Assembly: GCA_963705505.1 (NCBI GenBank)
Contig: CAVPJU010000003.1
Coordinates: 24,021 to 88,020 of the forward strand
From: an uncultured bacterium
GTDB lineage: Bacteria; Desulfobacterota_D; UBA1144; Nemesobacterales; UBA2774
Direction: 5' to 3'
DNA: 64,000 nucleotides
The first letter of the stretch is position 1; each line of letters starts with the position of its first letter. The notes under the pieces are model-generated. The model saw only the letters and a list, made by a program, of their open reading frames with translations, was not told the DNA's origin and did not search any database. The translations under genes were made by a program, and so were the position numbers. Positions 19,691 to 29,194 of this stretch are shown one piece after another.

Positions 19691-20536
19691 TCACGGTTTC
19701 TCGATAGGAGCCTTTACGAGGTTCCCCCACTCGGTCCATGAGCCGTCGTAGTTCCTCACCTTATCGAACCCGAGGAGGTAAATGAGAACGAACCATGTAT
19801 GGGAAGACCTCTCTCCAATTCTGCAGTATGCGATAACGTCGTCTCCCTTCCTGAGCCCCTTGTCGTCTATGTATATGGACTTGAGGTCGTCCGCGGATTT
19901 GAAAGTGCCGTCTTCCTTCACTGCGGTCGCCCACGGCACGTTCTTCGCCCCGGGGATGTGACCGCCTCTTAGCGCCCCTTCCTGCGGGTACGCCTCCATG
20001 TGGAGGAGCTCTCCCGTGAACTCCTTAGGGGAGCGCACGTCTATGAGCGGGTTCTTCGAGCTCATATGCTTCGTAACGTCGTCCCTGAAGGCGCGTATGG
20101 ACTCATCTGTTCCCGAAACCTTGTAATTCGCCTTCGCGTATTTCGGGACTTCTTTCGTAAACGGCCTGCCCTCTTCGACCCACTTCTGCCTGCCGCCATT
20201 CATGATGAGGGCCTTTTTATGACCGAAGAGCTTGAATACCCAGAACGCGTAGCAGGCCCACCAGTTATTCTTGTCTCCGTAGAAGACGACCGTAGTATCG
20301 TTCGAGATACCCTTATCGGACAAGAGCTTCTCGAATTTCCCCTTATCCACATAGTCCCTGATGACCTGGTCCTGAAGGTCCGTCTGCCAGTCTATCTTGA
20401 CAGCGCCTTCGATATGACCCACGTCGTATAATAGTACGTCCTCGTCTGACTCCACTATCCTTACATTCGGATCTTTAATGTGCTCCGATACCCAACCTGT
20501 GCTGACCAATACCTCCGGATGTGCGTATTCTGCCAT
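19691..20536 (-). CDS. Two-domain rhodanese sulfurtransferase (thiosulfate/3-mercaptopyruvate sulfurtransferase family)
   Basis: 281 aa with tandem rhodanese domains and the active-site loop [18 protein letters not shown] is upstream of the ATG at 20536. Confidence 0.85.
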   Translation of the reverse strand: MAEYAHPEVLVSTGWVSEHIKDPNVRIVESDEDVLLYDVGHIEGAVKIDWQTDLQDQVIRDYVDKGKFEKLLSDKGISNDTTVVFYGDKNNWWACYAFWVFKLFGHKKALIMNGGRQKWVEEGRPFTKEVPKYAKANYKVSGTDESIRAFRDDVTKHMSSKNPLIDVRSPKEFTGELLHMEAYPQEGALRGGHIPGAKNVPWATAVKEDGTFKSADDLKSIYIDDKGLRKGDDVIAYCRIGERSSHTWFVLIYLLGFDKVRNYDGSWTEWGNLVKAPIEKP

Positions 20537-21205
20537 CTCTATTCTCCTTCTTACTTAATTTTTTATGATTTAGATACGGATGAGAATTAAATCGATTCCC
20601 CCTTCTATCTATTTTATTGGTTGACGAAGATTTATTCAAGTCAGACGCCTCTTTTTAACATGCCATGTTCATTAGAATTTTGGCTGCGGGATATTCGATC
20701 GCCCGCGGCTTAATTAAAATACTCCCCTATAGCGAGCCCGAAAATCCACGCAGCCGTGTTTCGGTCCAGCTTCACAGCTCCGCTCCGTATCAGCAATCTG
20801 AATGAAAGCTCGCAGCATCTTGTCGTTTGCATCCCGGTATGCCCGCGATACCCGAATGGCAAACGCCGTGCCATGAATCGGGTTATTTAATGTTCATGGG
20901 CAGTTATGCATTCATGTGGTCAGCTTCGCGGACGATTCGCATACATCTCCGTGTTATTTCCGAACCACCTGTATAAAACTTATACTGCAAACGCCAAATC
21001 CGATTCCGATGCCGCGCCGTTATCGTTATGGCTTCCGCCCTGAATGCCTTGCGCTCATTTCAAGGCATTAATGCCCGTGAGGTCATGCACACCGGGCAGG
21101 AAAAAAGGGTGTTCTTTCATTCGCTGTTTTGTGCTATTATGTAATAAGATGGGCATTTAATAATTTAAACCGCGGTAAAAAAATTTAATAAGGGGGTGAG
21201 CATCC

Positions 21206-21664
21206 ATGTTAGAAGAATTAAAAGTGCGTGACTTGATCGGCGCGAGAGACAGGGTCTTTTTTGTGGATGCTGAAGACACGGCAGACGTCGCTGCGCTAAA
21301 ACTCCGGAATTTCAAGGTGAGGACCACGGGTGTAATGAAGGCGGGCCAGATCGTCGGCGTCGTGGGGCATTCGGATTTCGCTACCAAGATAGTGGCGCTC
21401 GGCAAGAAGCCCTCCGAGGTCAGGATCGCGGAAGTCATGAGCGACGTCTTTCATACAGTCACTCTCGACACCTCTTTTTACGAATGCCTCGACCTCATGA
21501 ACGAGCACACGATCTCTCACCTCTTCATACTCGACCCCGACGGCGAATACTACGGCATGCTCGCGTGGAGCGACCTGCAGCGGATACTCGTAAAAGAGCT
21601 CAAGTACCAGCTCAAGGTAGCCCAGGAATACGCGTTCGGTCCCCATGTAGTAATCTCGAGATAA
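21206..21664 (+). CDS. CBS-domain pair protein
   Basis: 152 aa with two CBS motifs. RBS AAGGGGG is upstream of the ATG. Confidence 0.7.
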   Translation: MLEELKVRDLIGARDRVFFVDAEDTADVAALKLRNFKVRTTGVMKAGQIVGVVGHSDFATKIVALGKKPSEVRIAEVMSDVFHTVTLDTSFYECLDLMNEHTISHLFILDPDGEYYGMLAWSDLQRILVKELKYQLKVAQEYAFGPHVVISR

Positions 21665-21725
21665 TGCGATATGATCTTCACGCAGCCGGGCTCGATCGAT
21701 AAAAGCCGACTAAAGCGGAGAATGA

Positions 21726-21998
21726 ATGACTGTAGAAAAAAACACCGAGGAAATAAGGGAGAAGGCGGAAGCCGTAGAGAGGGAAGTACGGGCCAAGGAA
21801 GCTGAAACCGCCCGGAAAGTGCGGGAAGCGGGCAAACACACGCAAAAAAAAGGACTGATGCAAAGAAGGGAGAGCTTCGCCCAGTCGAGCGTACCCAACT
21901 CCCACAGGGGCTACAGCGGCAAGCCGCCCCGTGTCATGATGGTCATAATAGTGACAATGTTCATCGTCAGCTTCATACTGGCCGCAATCACCGGCTGA
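21726..21998 (+). CDS. Hypothetical small protein with a charged coiled N-terminus and a C-terminal TM anchor
   Basis: RBS GCGGAG lies 6 nt upstream. The C-terminus MMVIIVTMFIVSFILAAITG is one TM helix. No family recognised. Confidence 0.35.
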   Translation: MTVEKNTEEIREKAEAVEREVRAKEAETARKVREAGKHTQKKGLMQRRESFAQSSVPNSHRGYSGKPPRVMMVIIVTMFIVSFILAAITG

Positions 21999-22087
21999 TT
22001 GATTTTCCCGATCAAAACAATCTTTCCCCTTGACCGAATGCCTTAATCAGGAACCAATATCTTTATTCCTTCCCGTTTATATAAAAA

Positions 22088-22114
22088 CCTGAATCCCCTT
22101 TTACGAAAGGGGAA
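22088..22114. repeat. Family-B hairpin repeat copy (CCCCTTTTACGAAAGGGG), degenerate
   Basis: Same XCCTTTACGAAAGGX hairpin unit as the copies at 14336, 32521 and 36698. Confidence 0.3.
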
Positions 22115-22199
22115 AATCCCACTCGACTTCCGCCGGCGGAAGAAACAACAGAACCCCGTGCCCGGAATTGAAGACCGCCCTCCCCTACAGCCGCACACT

Positions 22200-24011
22200 C
22201 TAGTTCATGCCGTCTGCAATCTCACCCACGAGCGCTACAAGGTGATGGCCGGGCTGGGGAGCGGGCGGGTTATCGTGAGCGAAAGCCAGCAGCTCGCCGT
22301 TTTCCTTTATAAGGAATAGCGGCATCGCCTTATCGCCGTAGTGAGTCCTGAACGCATCGTAATTAAACTCCGCGGTGAGGTGCGTCTTCTTTATCACGGC
22401 GCCCGAGCCGAACTTTATCGAAATATTCTCGTACGTCGCCTCGGGGCCGAACAGGAACCTCCCCGATAATTCCGAAACAGCATCATCGTCCGACGCGGGT
22501 TTGCGGCCCGATTGCCTGGTGAGCTGATAGACCTGCGAGCGGCCGAAGGACTCGATGAAGCTCAGCGCCGCAAGCGAATTCACCTCGTCGTTCGAAGTGA
22601 CGGCGAGGAGCTTCCCTATTCCCTCGCAGTCAATGTGCTCGGAAACGTTATCGAGAATTATATTTTTATAATACGCCTTGAGACCGTCCTGGTGCGCCGA
22701 GGAAATATTCGTCCAGTTGGAATCGACGAGAGACACCTTGAAGCCGTTATCATGAAGGCACTTCGCTATCGCCCTCGCCCACGAATGGGCGCCGATGAAT
22801 AACACTCCCTGAGGATTGGGCTTCGCGATGCCGAGCCTCCTTGCCAGAGTGGGCGCTGTCAAACCGTAAATGAGCACTGTCGCGGTGATAACGAGGAACG
22901 TGATACTGACCAGATGATCCGCTTGCGGAAACCCGTCCTGCGTGAGCCTCAGACCGAATACCGAAGCCACGGAAGCCGCCACGATGCCGCGGGGCGCCAT
23001 CCACGAGAGAAACAGCTTCTCATTAAACTTTAAACCGCTCCTGCGGGTTGACAGGAAAACGCAGAGCGGCCTCGCGATAAAAAACAAGACCCCCAGGAAC
23101 AGCGCGCTCTTCCAATTAAGCACGTATTTCAGGTCATTGAGAGTGAGCCTCGAAGCCAGGATAATGAAGAGGCTCGAAATGAAGAGCACGCGCAGGGTCT
23201 CCTTGAATTCCATAATGCGCTTTATGCTTACCGTCTTCTGGTTCGCGAGGACGATGCCCATTATCGTGACAGTGATGAATCCGGACTCACTCTGCATATA
23301 GTCCGATGCCGTGAATGCGGCGATGAGGATCATGAGCGTGACGGGGCTCTGAAGGTAGTCGGGCACCCAGTACCTCTTCAATATATGGATCAATATCCGC
23401 GCGCCGGCTATGCCGATGAAACCGCCGACGGCAAATGTCTTGAGGACGCTCCAGCCGACCCGTTCCGTTGCCTCTATGACCCCGCCCGCGATTATAGCGT
23501 GGAATACAAGCACGGCGAGGAGCGCTCCTATCGGGTCGATGACTATCCCTTCCCATTTCATTATGGAGCCTATTTTTCCCGAAGCCCTTATTTCACGCAG
23601 AAGCGGCATGATTACAGTCGGCCCTGTGACGACGAGAATAGCGCCGAGCAGGGCGGCGATGCGATGGTCGAGCCCGAAGAGGAAATAAGCCGCTACTGCG
23701 GCGACCGCCCATGTGACGCAAACCCCGATAGTCACGAGGCTCACGACCACACCCCTGATCTCCCGGAGCTCCGAGAATTTGAGGTTCATCCCGCCTTCGA
23801 ACAATATCACTGCAACGAAGACCGAGACCACGGGCAGGAGCGTGTCGCCGAATATCTTGTCGGGGTCGATAAAACCCGTGACCGGGCCGGCTATGAAACC
23901 CGACGCGAGGAGGAGCAGTATGGCAGGCACGCCTAACCGCCAGGAAACCCAGTAGGCCCCTACGCCGAGCACTATTATTACCGCGAACCCGAGTAAAAAA
24001 CCTTCATCCAT
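22200..24011 (-). CDS. Monovalent cation:proton antiporter, CPA1 (NhaP-type Na+/H+ exchanger) with a C-terminal cytoplasmic regulatory domain
   Basis: 603 aa with 10 or more TM helices in the N-terminal two-thirds and CPA1-type motifs, followed by a roughly 200-aa soluble C-terminal domain. Confidence 0.8.
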   Translation of the reverse strand: MDEGFLLGFAVIIVLGVGAYWVSWRLGVPAILLLLASGFIAGPVTGFIDPDKIFGDTLLPVVSVFVAVILFEGGMNLKFSELREIRGVVVSLVTIGVCVTWAVAAVAAYFLFGLDHRIAALLGAILVVTGPTVIMPLLREIRASGKIGSIMKWEGIVIDPIGALLAVLVFHAIIAGGVIEATERVGWSVLKTFAVGGFIGIAGARILIHILKRYWVPDYLQSPVTLMILIAAFTASDYMQSESGFITVTIMGIVLANQKTVSIKRIMEFKETLRVLFISSLFIILASRLTLNDLKYVLNWKSALFLGVLFFIARPLCVFLSTRRSGLKFNEKLFLSWMAPRGIVAASVASVFGLRLTQDGFPQADHLVSITFLVITATVLIYGLTAPTLARRLGIAKPNPQGVLFIGAHSWARAIAKCLHDNGFKVSLVDSNWTNISSAHQDGLKAYYKNIILDNVSEHIDCEGIGKLLAVTSNDEVNSLAALSFIESFGRSQVYQLTRQSGRKPASDDDAVSELSGRFLFGPEATYENISIKFGSGAVIKKTHLTAEFNYDAFRTHYGDKAMPLFLIKENGELLAFAHDNPPAPQPGHHLVALVGEIADGMN

Positions 24012-24244
24012 ACGGAATCCCCGGGGCTACCACGCGTATTTATCCTGCGCTATCATGAGAAATATCCCCTGACCTGCTGTGAAGGAAGAGCTCGACAGGT
24101 CTTACCTAATTTTAAGAAAGTTTTAGTATTTACGCCAGTGGTAATTTCACGACGAGGGCAAAGAGCTGCACGGCCGGTAAATTACCTTCCGGTGATTACG
24201 GTTTATAATTCCGGGCCCGTCAGGAATACTAAATAGGGCTTGAT

Positions 24245-25567
24245 ATGACAAACAAGGGAGAGTCAGGACACCATGTCGTTATACTCGGAGGCGGTTTCGG
24301 CGGACTTTATGCCGCAAAGGCGCTCTCGCGCGCGGGCATAAAGGTAACCCTCATAGACAAGAGGAACTTCCACCTCTTCCAGCCGCTCCTCTATCAGGTG
24401 GCCGCAGGCTGGCTCTCCCCGGGCGAGATAGCCTCGCCGCTGCGCATGGTGCTCAACAGGTTTAAAAACACCTGCGTATTCCAGGCCTTAGTGACCGACA
24501 TATTGCCCGATAAAAAGGAGGTCGTGCTCAAAGACGGGAAGATCGGATACGATACGCTTATTGTCGCGACCGGGTCGAGCCACCATTATTTCGGACACGA
24601 GGAGTGGGCTAAGACCGCGCCCGGGCTTAAGACAGTCGAAGACGCTCTCGAGATGAGGAGAAAGATACTCCTCTCGTTCGAGGCCGCCGAGCGGGAGCCC
24701 GACCCCGCTATTCAAAAAGAGTGGATGACTTTCCTCATCGTCGGTGCAGGCCCCACCGGCGTAGAGCTTGCCGGGACTATCGGGGAGCTCACACGCACGA
24801 CGCTCAAGAACGACTTCAGGAATATCGATACCGGGCAGGCGGAGATCATACTCGTCGAAGGCCGGGACCACGTCCTCCCCGCCTACCCCGCCCAACTATC
24901 GGAGAAGGCGGAGAAAGCGCTCGGCAAATTGGGTGTCAAGATAAGGCTCGACACCATGGTCACGGAGATAAAGGGGAATAAAGTGATAATAAGCAGGAAC
25001 GGCGCCCGGGAGGAGATACAGTCGAGGACCATACTCTGGACAGCGGGAGTAAAGGCGTCCCCTCTCGGCAGAGTGCTCCATGAAAGAGCCGGAGCGGCGC
25101 TCGATAACGGCGGGAGGGTCATCGTCGGGCCCGATCTCACCGTCCCCGGTCACCCGGACATATTCGTCATAGGGGACCTCGCCAACTTCCCTCACCAGGG
25201 CGGAGAGCCGCTGCCCGGAGTCGCCCCGGTCGCGATGCAGGAAGGGAGATACGTCGCGGAGCTGATCGTAAACAGGCTCGCCGGGAAAGAAACGGAGCCG
25301 TTTAAGTACGTGAATAAGGGGAACCTCGCGGTCATAGGGAGGAACGCCGCCGTAGCCGACCTCCCGTGGATGAGGCTCTCCGGCTTCCCGGCGTGGCTGA
25401 TTTGGGCATTCGTCCACATAAGCTACCTCATCGAATTCGACAACAAGGTGCTCGTACTCTTCCAGTGGGCGTGGAATTACTTCACGAGGAAAAGGGGAGT
25501 GAGGCTGATTACGGGCGAGAACCCGTCCTCGCTCATCGAGAATAAAAACGGGAAGGCCACTCAGTGA
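24245..25567 (+). CDS. ndh: Type II NADH:quinone oxidoreductase (NDH-2)
   Basis: N-terminal GGGFGG FAD-binding fold, a second dinucleotide-binding motif (GAGPTGVE) and a C-terminal membrane-anchoring amphipathic segment. Confidence 0.85.
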   Translation: MTNKGESGHHVVILGGGFGGLYAAKALSRAGIKVTLIDKRNFHLFQPLLYQVAAGWLSPGEIASPLRMVLNRFKNTCVFQALVTDILPDKKEVVLKDGKIGYDTLIVATGSSHHYFGHEEWAKTAPGLKTVEDALEMRRKILLSFEAAEREPDPAIQKEWMTFLIVGAGPTGVELAGTIGELTRTTLKNDFRNIDTGQAEIILVEGRDHVLPAYPAQLSEKAEKALGKLGVKIRLDTMVTEIKGNKVIISRNGAREEIQSRTILWTAGVKASPLGRVLHERAGAALDNGGRVIVGPDLTVPGHPDIFVIGDLANFPHQGGEPLPGVAPVAMQEGRYVAELIVNRLAGKETEPFKYVNKGNLAVIGRNAAVADLPWMRLSGFPAWLIWAFVHISYLIEFDNKVLVLFQWAWNYFTRKRGVRLITGENPSSLIENKNGKATQ

Positions 25568-25595
25568 CCGGATTTATAAGAGGGTTGAGCCGAGC

Positions 25596-26081
25596 TCAGA
25601 ATTCTCTCCTTCCGAACCCGAACTTCCTCTCCATGTACACGACGCCCCTCAGCGTGGCGAGGGCGATGACGGTAACCCCGATGGCCAATAGAATTTTCGA
25701 GAGAGCGACGCATATACCGACAGCCGCGACGAAGAGAAGTGCGGCTGCCGTAGTGAGGCCCTTTACCTTGTCCTCAGAGCCACGCCTGATGATTGTGCCG
25801 GCCCCGAGAAAGCTCACGCCCGTAATTATCGCCCCTATGATTCGGAGCGGGTCCGAGCCCAGAGCTACATCACTTAAACCGAATTGCGGCACCATAAGCT
25901 TGCCCAACGACACTAACAGGGCGGCAGAGCCCGCGACGAGCATGTGTGTCCTCAATCCGGCGGGCTTATCCGCAAGCTCGCGGTCAAGGCCCACGGCAGC
26001 TCCCAGCAGCATCGATATGACTACGTAGAGCAGTATTTTTAGCTGAACGGGATTGAAGTCAAATAATCCGGTTATCTCCAT
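25596..26081 (-). CDS. mgtC: MgtC/SapB-family membrane protein
   Basis: 161 aa with 4-5 TM helices and the MgtC N-terminal domain pattern (LGAAVGLDRE..K.AGLRTH). Confidence 0.7.
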   Translation of the reverse strand: MEITGLFDFNPVQLKILLYVVISMLLGAAVGLDRELADKPAGLRTHMLVAGSAALLVSLGKLMVPQFGLSDVALGSDPLRIIGAIITGVSFLGAGTIIRRGSEDKVKGLTTAAALLFVAAVGICVALSKILLAIGVTVIALATLRGVVYMERKFGFGRREF

Positions 26082-26126
26082 ATTTATGCGCCATGCAACA
26101 CGGCAGGAATAAAAAAGCCGGTGATG

Positions 26127-26444
26127 TTACTCTCTGTCCAGAAGCTTTCCCGCCAGAACCCCCAGCAGGAAAGCGACCAATACGCTCACGAAAGGCTTCT
26201 CCGCGATCCTCCGCTCCGCTTTCCCGATCTTGTCCCCGCCTATCCTGCGGGCCGTATCGAGCCCTCCGCCAAGCTCATCATAAAGCCTCGACGCCTCCCG
26301 TCCGAGCTTCTTATTCCCGGAGGCGTACGCTTTCCGACTCACCTTGAGGAGTCTGTCCGTTATATTGGAGAATTCCGCACGGAGTTTGGCGACGTCTTCT
26401 CTCAGCACATCGATATTCTCTTTTATGCGGCCGTTATGTTCCAT
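26127..26444 (-). CDS. DUF883/ElaB-YqjD-family membrane-anchored ribosome-associated protein
   Basis: Start at ATG 26444 (MEHNG...) with a GAGGGAG RBS. Coiled-coil body and a C-terminal TM anchor (PFVSVLVAFLLGVLAGKLL). Confidence 0.6.
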   Translation of the reverse strand: MEHNGRIKENIDVLREDVAKLRAEFSNITDRLLKVSRKAYASGNKKLGREASRLYDELGGGLDTARRIGGDKIGKAERRIAEKPFVSVLVAFLLGVLAGKLLDRE

Positions 26445-26603
26445 TATTTTCTCCCTCTTACTAATCAGTATGGAACTTCGAGTCATGAGTGTCAAGAAAA
26501 ATTAAGTGAGGCAGGGGGATTAAGGGGCGGAGGGTTAAAGGCTGCGAAATGCAGGGCTTGCAGAGGAGTAACGAAGATATCGTAGATGTGTGTAGAGTCT
26601 TCG

Positions 26604-26675
26604 CCCTTCGACAGGCTCCCGACTTCGCTAAAGCTACGCCGGACAAGCAGGACGAACGGACCGGACTTCGGTTGC
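26604..26675. repeat. Family-C intergenic repeat copy (CCCTTCGACAGGCTCCCGACTTCGCTAAAGCTACGCCGGACAAGC...)
   Basis: Shares the 15-nt core CCCTTCGACAGGCTC and its 5' flank TCG(A/C)CC with the copy at 14248. Confidence 0.35.
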
Positions 26676-26777
26676 TGGCTGAGGCAATGGAGCAAGGTAG
26701 AAACCGTAAAAGGACACTATGTGTCTGTGTTTGACTTTAGCCAAGATTATCTGTACTTTATTGATTGAGGAGCGTAT

Positions 26778-27020
26778 ATGATAGGCGGACTTGGCATTTG
26801 GGAATTATTAATAATACTTGTGATTCTCCTGTTGATTTTCGGGCCCAGCAGGCTCGGGGATCTCGGGTCTTCACTCGGGAAGGGGATAAGGGGTTTCAGG
26901 AAATCCATGAAGGACGATGAAATAGACGTCACTCCCAAAAAGGAAGACTCGAAACAGATAAACGACCCTGACCTAGAGACCACGGGCACACCTTCCGAAA
27001 GCAAAAAGAACGTACAATAA
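26778..27020 (+). CDS. tatA: Twin-arginine translocase subunit TatA/E
   Basis: 80 aa with the N-terminal TM helix and hinge motif (WELLIILVILLLIFGPSRLGDLGSSLGKGIRGFRKS). RBS GAGGAG is upstream. Confidence 0.8.
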   Translation: MIGGLGIWELLIILVILLLIFGPSRLGDLGSSLGKGIRGFRKSMKDDEIDVTPKKEDSKQINDPDLETTGTPSESKKNVQ

Positions 27021-27180
27021 TCCCACTAGACTAACGGATTAATAAAGTTGTATAATTATTAACTGCCGTAGCTCTTCGTGGCGGTAGACTGCGGCATGAT
27101 CCGTCTGAACCCGGCACTCCGGGAACGGATATCAAAATATACAAATAACGATTAAGTTTCGTTCTGTTTACGGCGGGATT

Positions 27181-27651
27181 ATGCAATCAGATTGTCCTAT
27201 TGATAAGCCGAAGCCAGACCAGAGAGATCTGTATATATACAATCTTCTCGAATTGGTCTGTATTTCGCTGATAATCCTGACCGGACCCGTAATCGCGACC
27301 CACCCGGTGCTGATTTTTATCGAAATTTCGAGTATATGGCTAGTGCTGTGGGTGGTCTGGACACACAGGGTAAGTAAATTCTATATATCCACGGACCTGC
27401 CGTCCAGGACCAGGTTCGTAGCCAAAGGGCCTTACTATTTGGTAAGGTACCCGATGTACACCGCTCTCCTCCTCATAACCCTCGTCCTTATACTCGATCA
27501 TTTTGAAACCTACAGGCTCGCGCTCTGGTTTATACTGCTCGTGGTGTTCCTGATGGATATAAGGTTCGAGGAGAAGGTTTTTTCTTCCTATTTCAGCGAC
27601 TATTCGCTCTACAGGGACAGCACCTACCGTCTCGTGCCTTATGTGTATTGA
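27181..27651 (+). CDS. Isoprenylcysteine carboxyl methyltransferase (ICMT)/phospholipid methyltransferase-family membrane protein
   Basis: Four TM helices and the C-terminal family motif GPYYLVRYPMY. Confidence 0.65.
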   Translation: MQSDCPIDKPKPDQRDLYIYNLLELVCISLIILTGPVIATHPVLIFIEISSIWLVLWVVWTHRVSKFYISTDLPSRTRFVAKGPYYLVRYPMYTALLLITLVLILDHFETYRLALWFILLVVFLMDIRFEEKVFSSYFSDYSLYRDSTYRLVPYVY

Positions 27652-27804
27652 TGGGCGACGGAAGGTCGGTAGAAACCGTACATGAGCGCAGATTCTGCGC
27701 CCGTTCATCCCGAGGAATTAGCCTGTCCTGAGCTTGTCGCTCGTCCCGGCGAAGTCCCGGGCCGGAGCCGGGAAGGGTCGAAGGATAGATGATAGGATGT
27801 GGTG

Positions 27805-29094
27805 TTAAGCCCACTCCCCCATGGACTTCCTTTCGAAGGGGCACCTGCCGAGCTTTACGTGCTCCTCGAACTCATGGCGGAATTTCTTCACTATAGACTC
27901 GACGGGCATCGCGCATCCGTCGGCGAGAGCGCAGATCGTCGTCCCCCTCATCTGAAAACACGCGTCGAGAAGCGTGTCTATGTGCTCCATCCTCCCCTTC
28001 CCCTCTTCTATCGTCGTGAGCATCTTCTCTAACCACCACGTACCTTCCCTGCACTGTACGCACTGGCCGCAGGACTCGTCCCTGTAGAAGTGCGCGAGGT
28101 TCTGAGCGACCCTGACCATGCAGGTGGAATCGTCCATCACCGTCACGCCCGCAGTGCCGAGCATCGAGCCGACAGCCGCGAGGGAATCGAAGTCCATCGT
28201 CATATCGAGCTCGTCAGCGGTAAGGACGGAAGCGGAAGAGCCTCCCGGAGAGACCGCTTTCACGCTCCTGCCTTTGGGTATGCCTTCGCCGTACTCATTG
28301 ATAAGCTCGCGCAGCGTAATACCGAGAGGCAGCTCGTAGAGTCCGGGCTTGTTGATGTTGCCGCAGAGGCCGTAGATCTTGGTGCCCGTGTTCTTGGGTA
28401 TGCCTATCGAAGAAAACCATTCGGCGCCCCTGTTGATAATGTGCGGGACGCATGCGAGCGTCTCGACGTTGTTTATGATGGTCGGGCATCCGAAGAGGCC
28501 TATCTGCGCGGGGAACGGAGGCTTGGGCCTCGGCTCGCCGTTCTTTCCCTCTATGGATTCGAGGAGTCCCGTCTCCTCGCCGCAAATATATGCGCCCGCG
28601 CCCCTGAAGAGCACGACGTCGAGGTCAAAGCCCGAGTTGAGTATGTTCTTCCCGAGATACCCCTTGTCGTACGCCTCCCTGATCGCACCCTCTACGATCT
28701 TCGCGCCGTAGGGCATCTCTCCCCTGATGTATATGTAGGACTTGTGCGAATTGATCGTGTAGCAGCCGATTATAATCCCTTCCAGCATCTGGTGAGGGTC
28801 CTGCTCCAGTATTTCCCTGTCCTTGAAGCTGCCGGGCTCGCTCTCGTCCGCGTTGCAGCAGAGATAAATAGGCTTTTTGGAATCCCTCTGTATGAAGCCC
28901 CACTTCACCCCGGTCGGGAACCCTGCCCCTCCCCGTCCCCTGAGCCCCGCTTTCTTTATCTCCTCCACTATCTCCCCGGGCTGCATCTTGAGCGCCTTCG
29001 GGAGCGCCGTGTAGCCTCCGCGGGAGATGTAGGAGCTGATCGTATGTGAATCCGGCACATCGACGTACGTGCGTATTATTCTCAATTCGGGCAT
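27805..29094 (-). CDS. nuoF: NuoF-like NADH-binding 51-kDa flavoprotein subunit (FMN plus a 4Fe-4S cluster), present as an orphan with no other nuo genes in the window
   Basis: 429 aa with GRGGAGFPTG (NADH/FMN site) and a C-terminal ESCGQCVQCREGT 4Fe-4S motif. RBS AGGGG lies 7 nt upstream. No nuoE or nuoG is adjacent. Confidence 0.85.
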   Translation of the reverse strand: MPELRIIRTYVDVPDSHTISSYISRGGYTALPKALKMQPGEIVEEIKKAGLRGRGGAGFPTGVKWGFIQRDSKKPIYLCCNADESEPGSFKDREILEQDPHQMLEGIIIGCYTINSHKSYIYIRGEMPYGAKIVEGAIREAYDKGYLGKNILNSGFDLDVVLFRGAGAYICGEETGLLESIEGKNGEPRPKPPFPAQIGLFGCPTIINNVETLACVPHIINRGAEWFSSIGIPKNTGTKIYGLCGNINKPGLYELPLGITLRELINEYGEGIPKGRSVKAVSPGGSSASVLTADELDMTMDFDSLAAVGSMLGTAGVTVMDDSTCMVRVAQNLAHFYRDESCGQCVQCREGTWWLEKMLTTIEEGKGRMEHIDTLLDACFQMRGTTICALADGCAMPVESIVKKFRHEFEEHVKLGRCPFERKSMGEWA

Positions 29095-29105
29095 GAGTTA
29101 CCCCT

Positions 29106-29136
29106 GTGTAAATTTCTGATCCTGAGTAATTTACAC
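29106..29136. promoter_or_regulatory. Inverted repeat GTGTAAATT-N13-AATTTACAC in the lhgO-nuoF intercistronic region (operator or intercistronic RNA hairpin)
   Basis: Perfect 9-bp arms immediately 5' of the nuoF RBS. On the plus strand it is followed by GGGATTTTTT, but no plus-strand gene ends here. Confidence 0.3.
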
Positions 29137-29194
29137 GGGATTTTTTAACCTTGCCAAATTTTATGGAGCGCAATAAACGAGAATCTGCATACCC

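Noticed and set aside
20537-21205. 670-bp non-coding region upstream of the rhodanese and CBS genes, examined for an rRNA/tRNA or riboswitch
   Set aside because: No tRNA T-loop or anticodon structure was found, and I recognised no riboswitch consensus (it was not checked against covariance models). It is likely just divergent promoter and leader space, with only weak hairpins such as CGCGGG-N11-CCCGCG.
26492-26695. 67-aa ORF (…SLSKGEDSTHI…) and similar small ORFs across intergenic repeats (14097-14275; 36582-36977)
   Set aside because: These reading frames run through the palindromic repeat elements (families A and C). Such repeats commonly generate spurious conserved-looking peptides. There is no RBS.
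29106-29146. Inverted repeat plus GGGATTTTTT read as a plus-strand Rho-independent terminator
   Set aside because: No plus-strand gene ends nearby (the nearest, the ICMT gene, ends 1.5 kb upstream across an antisense gene). The stem is all A/T, which is atypical for an intrinsic terminator. It is kept only as a possible operator or intercistronic hairpin.
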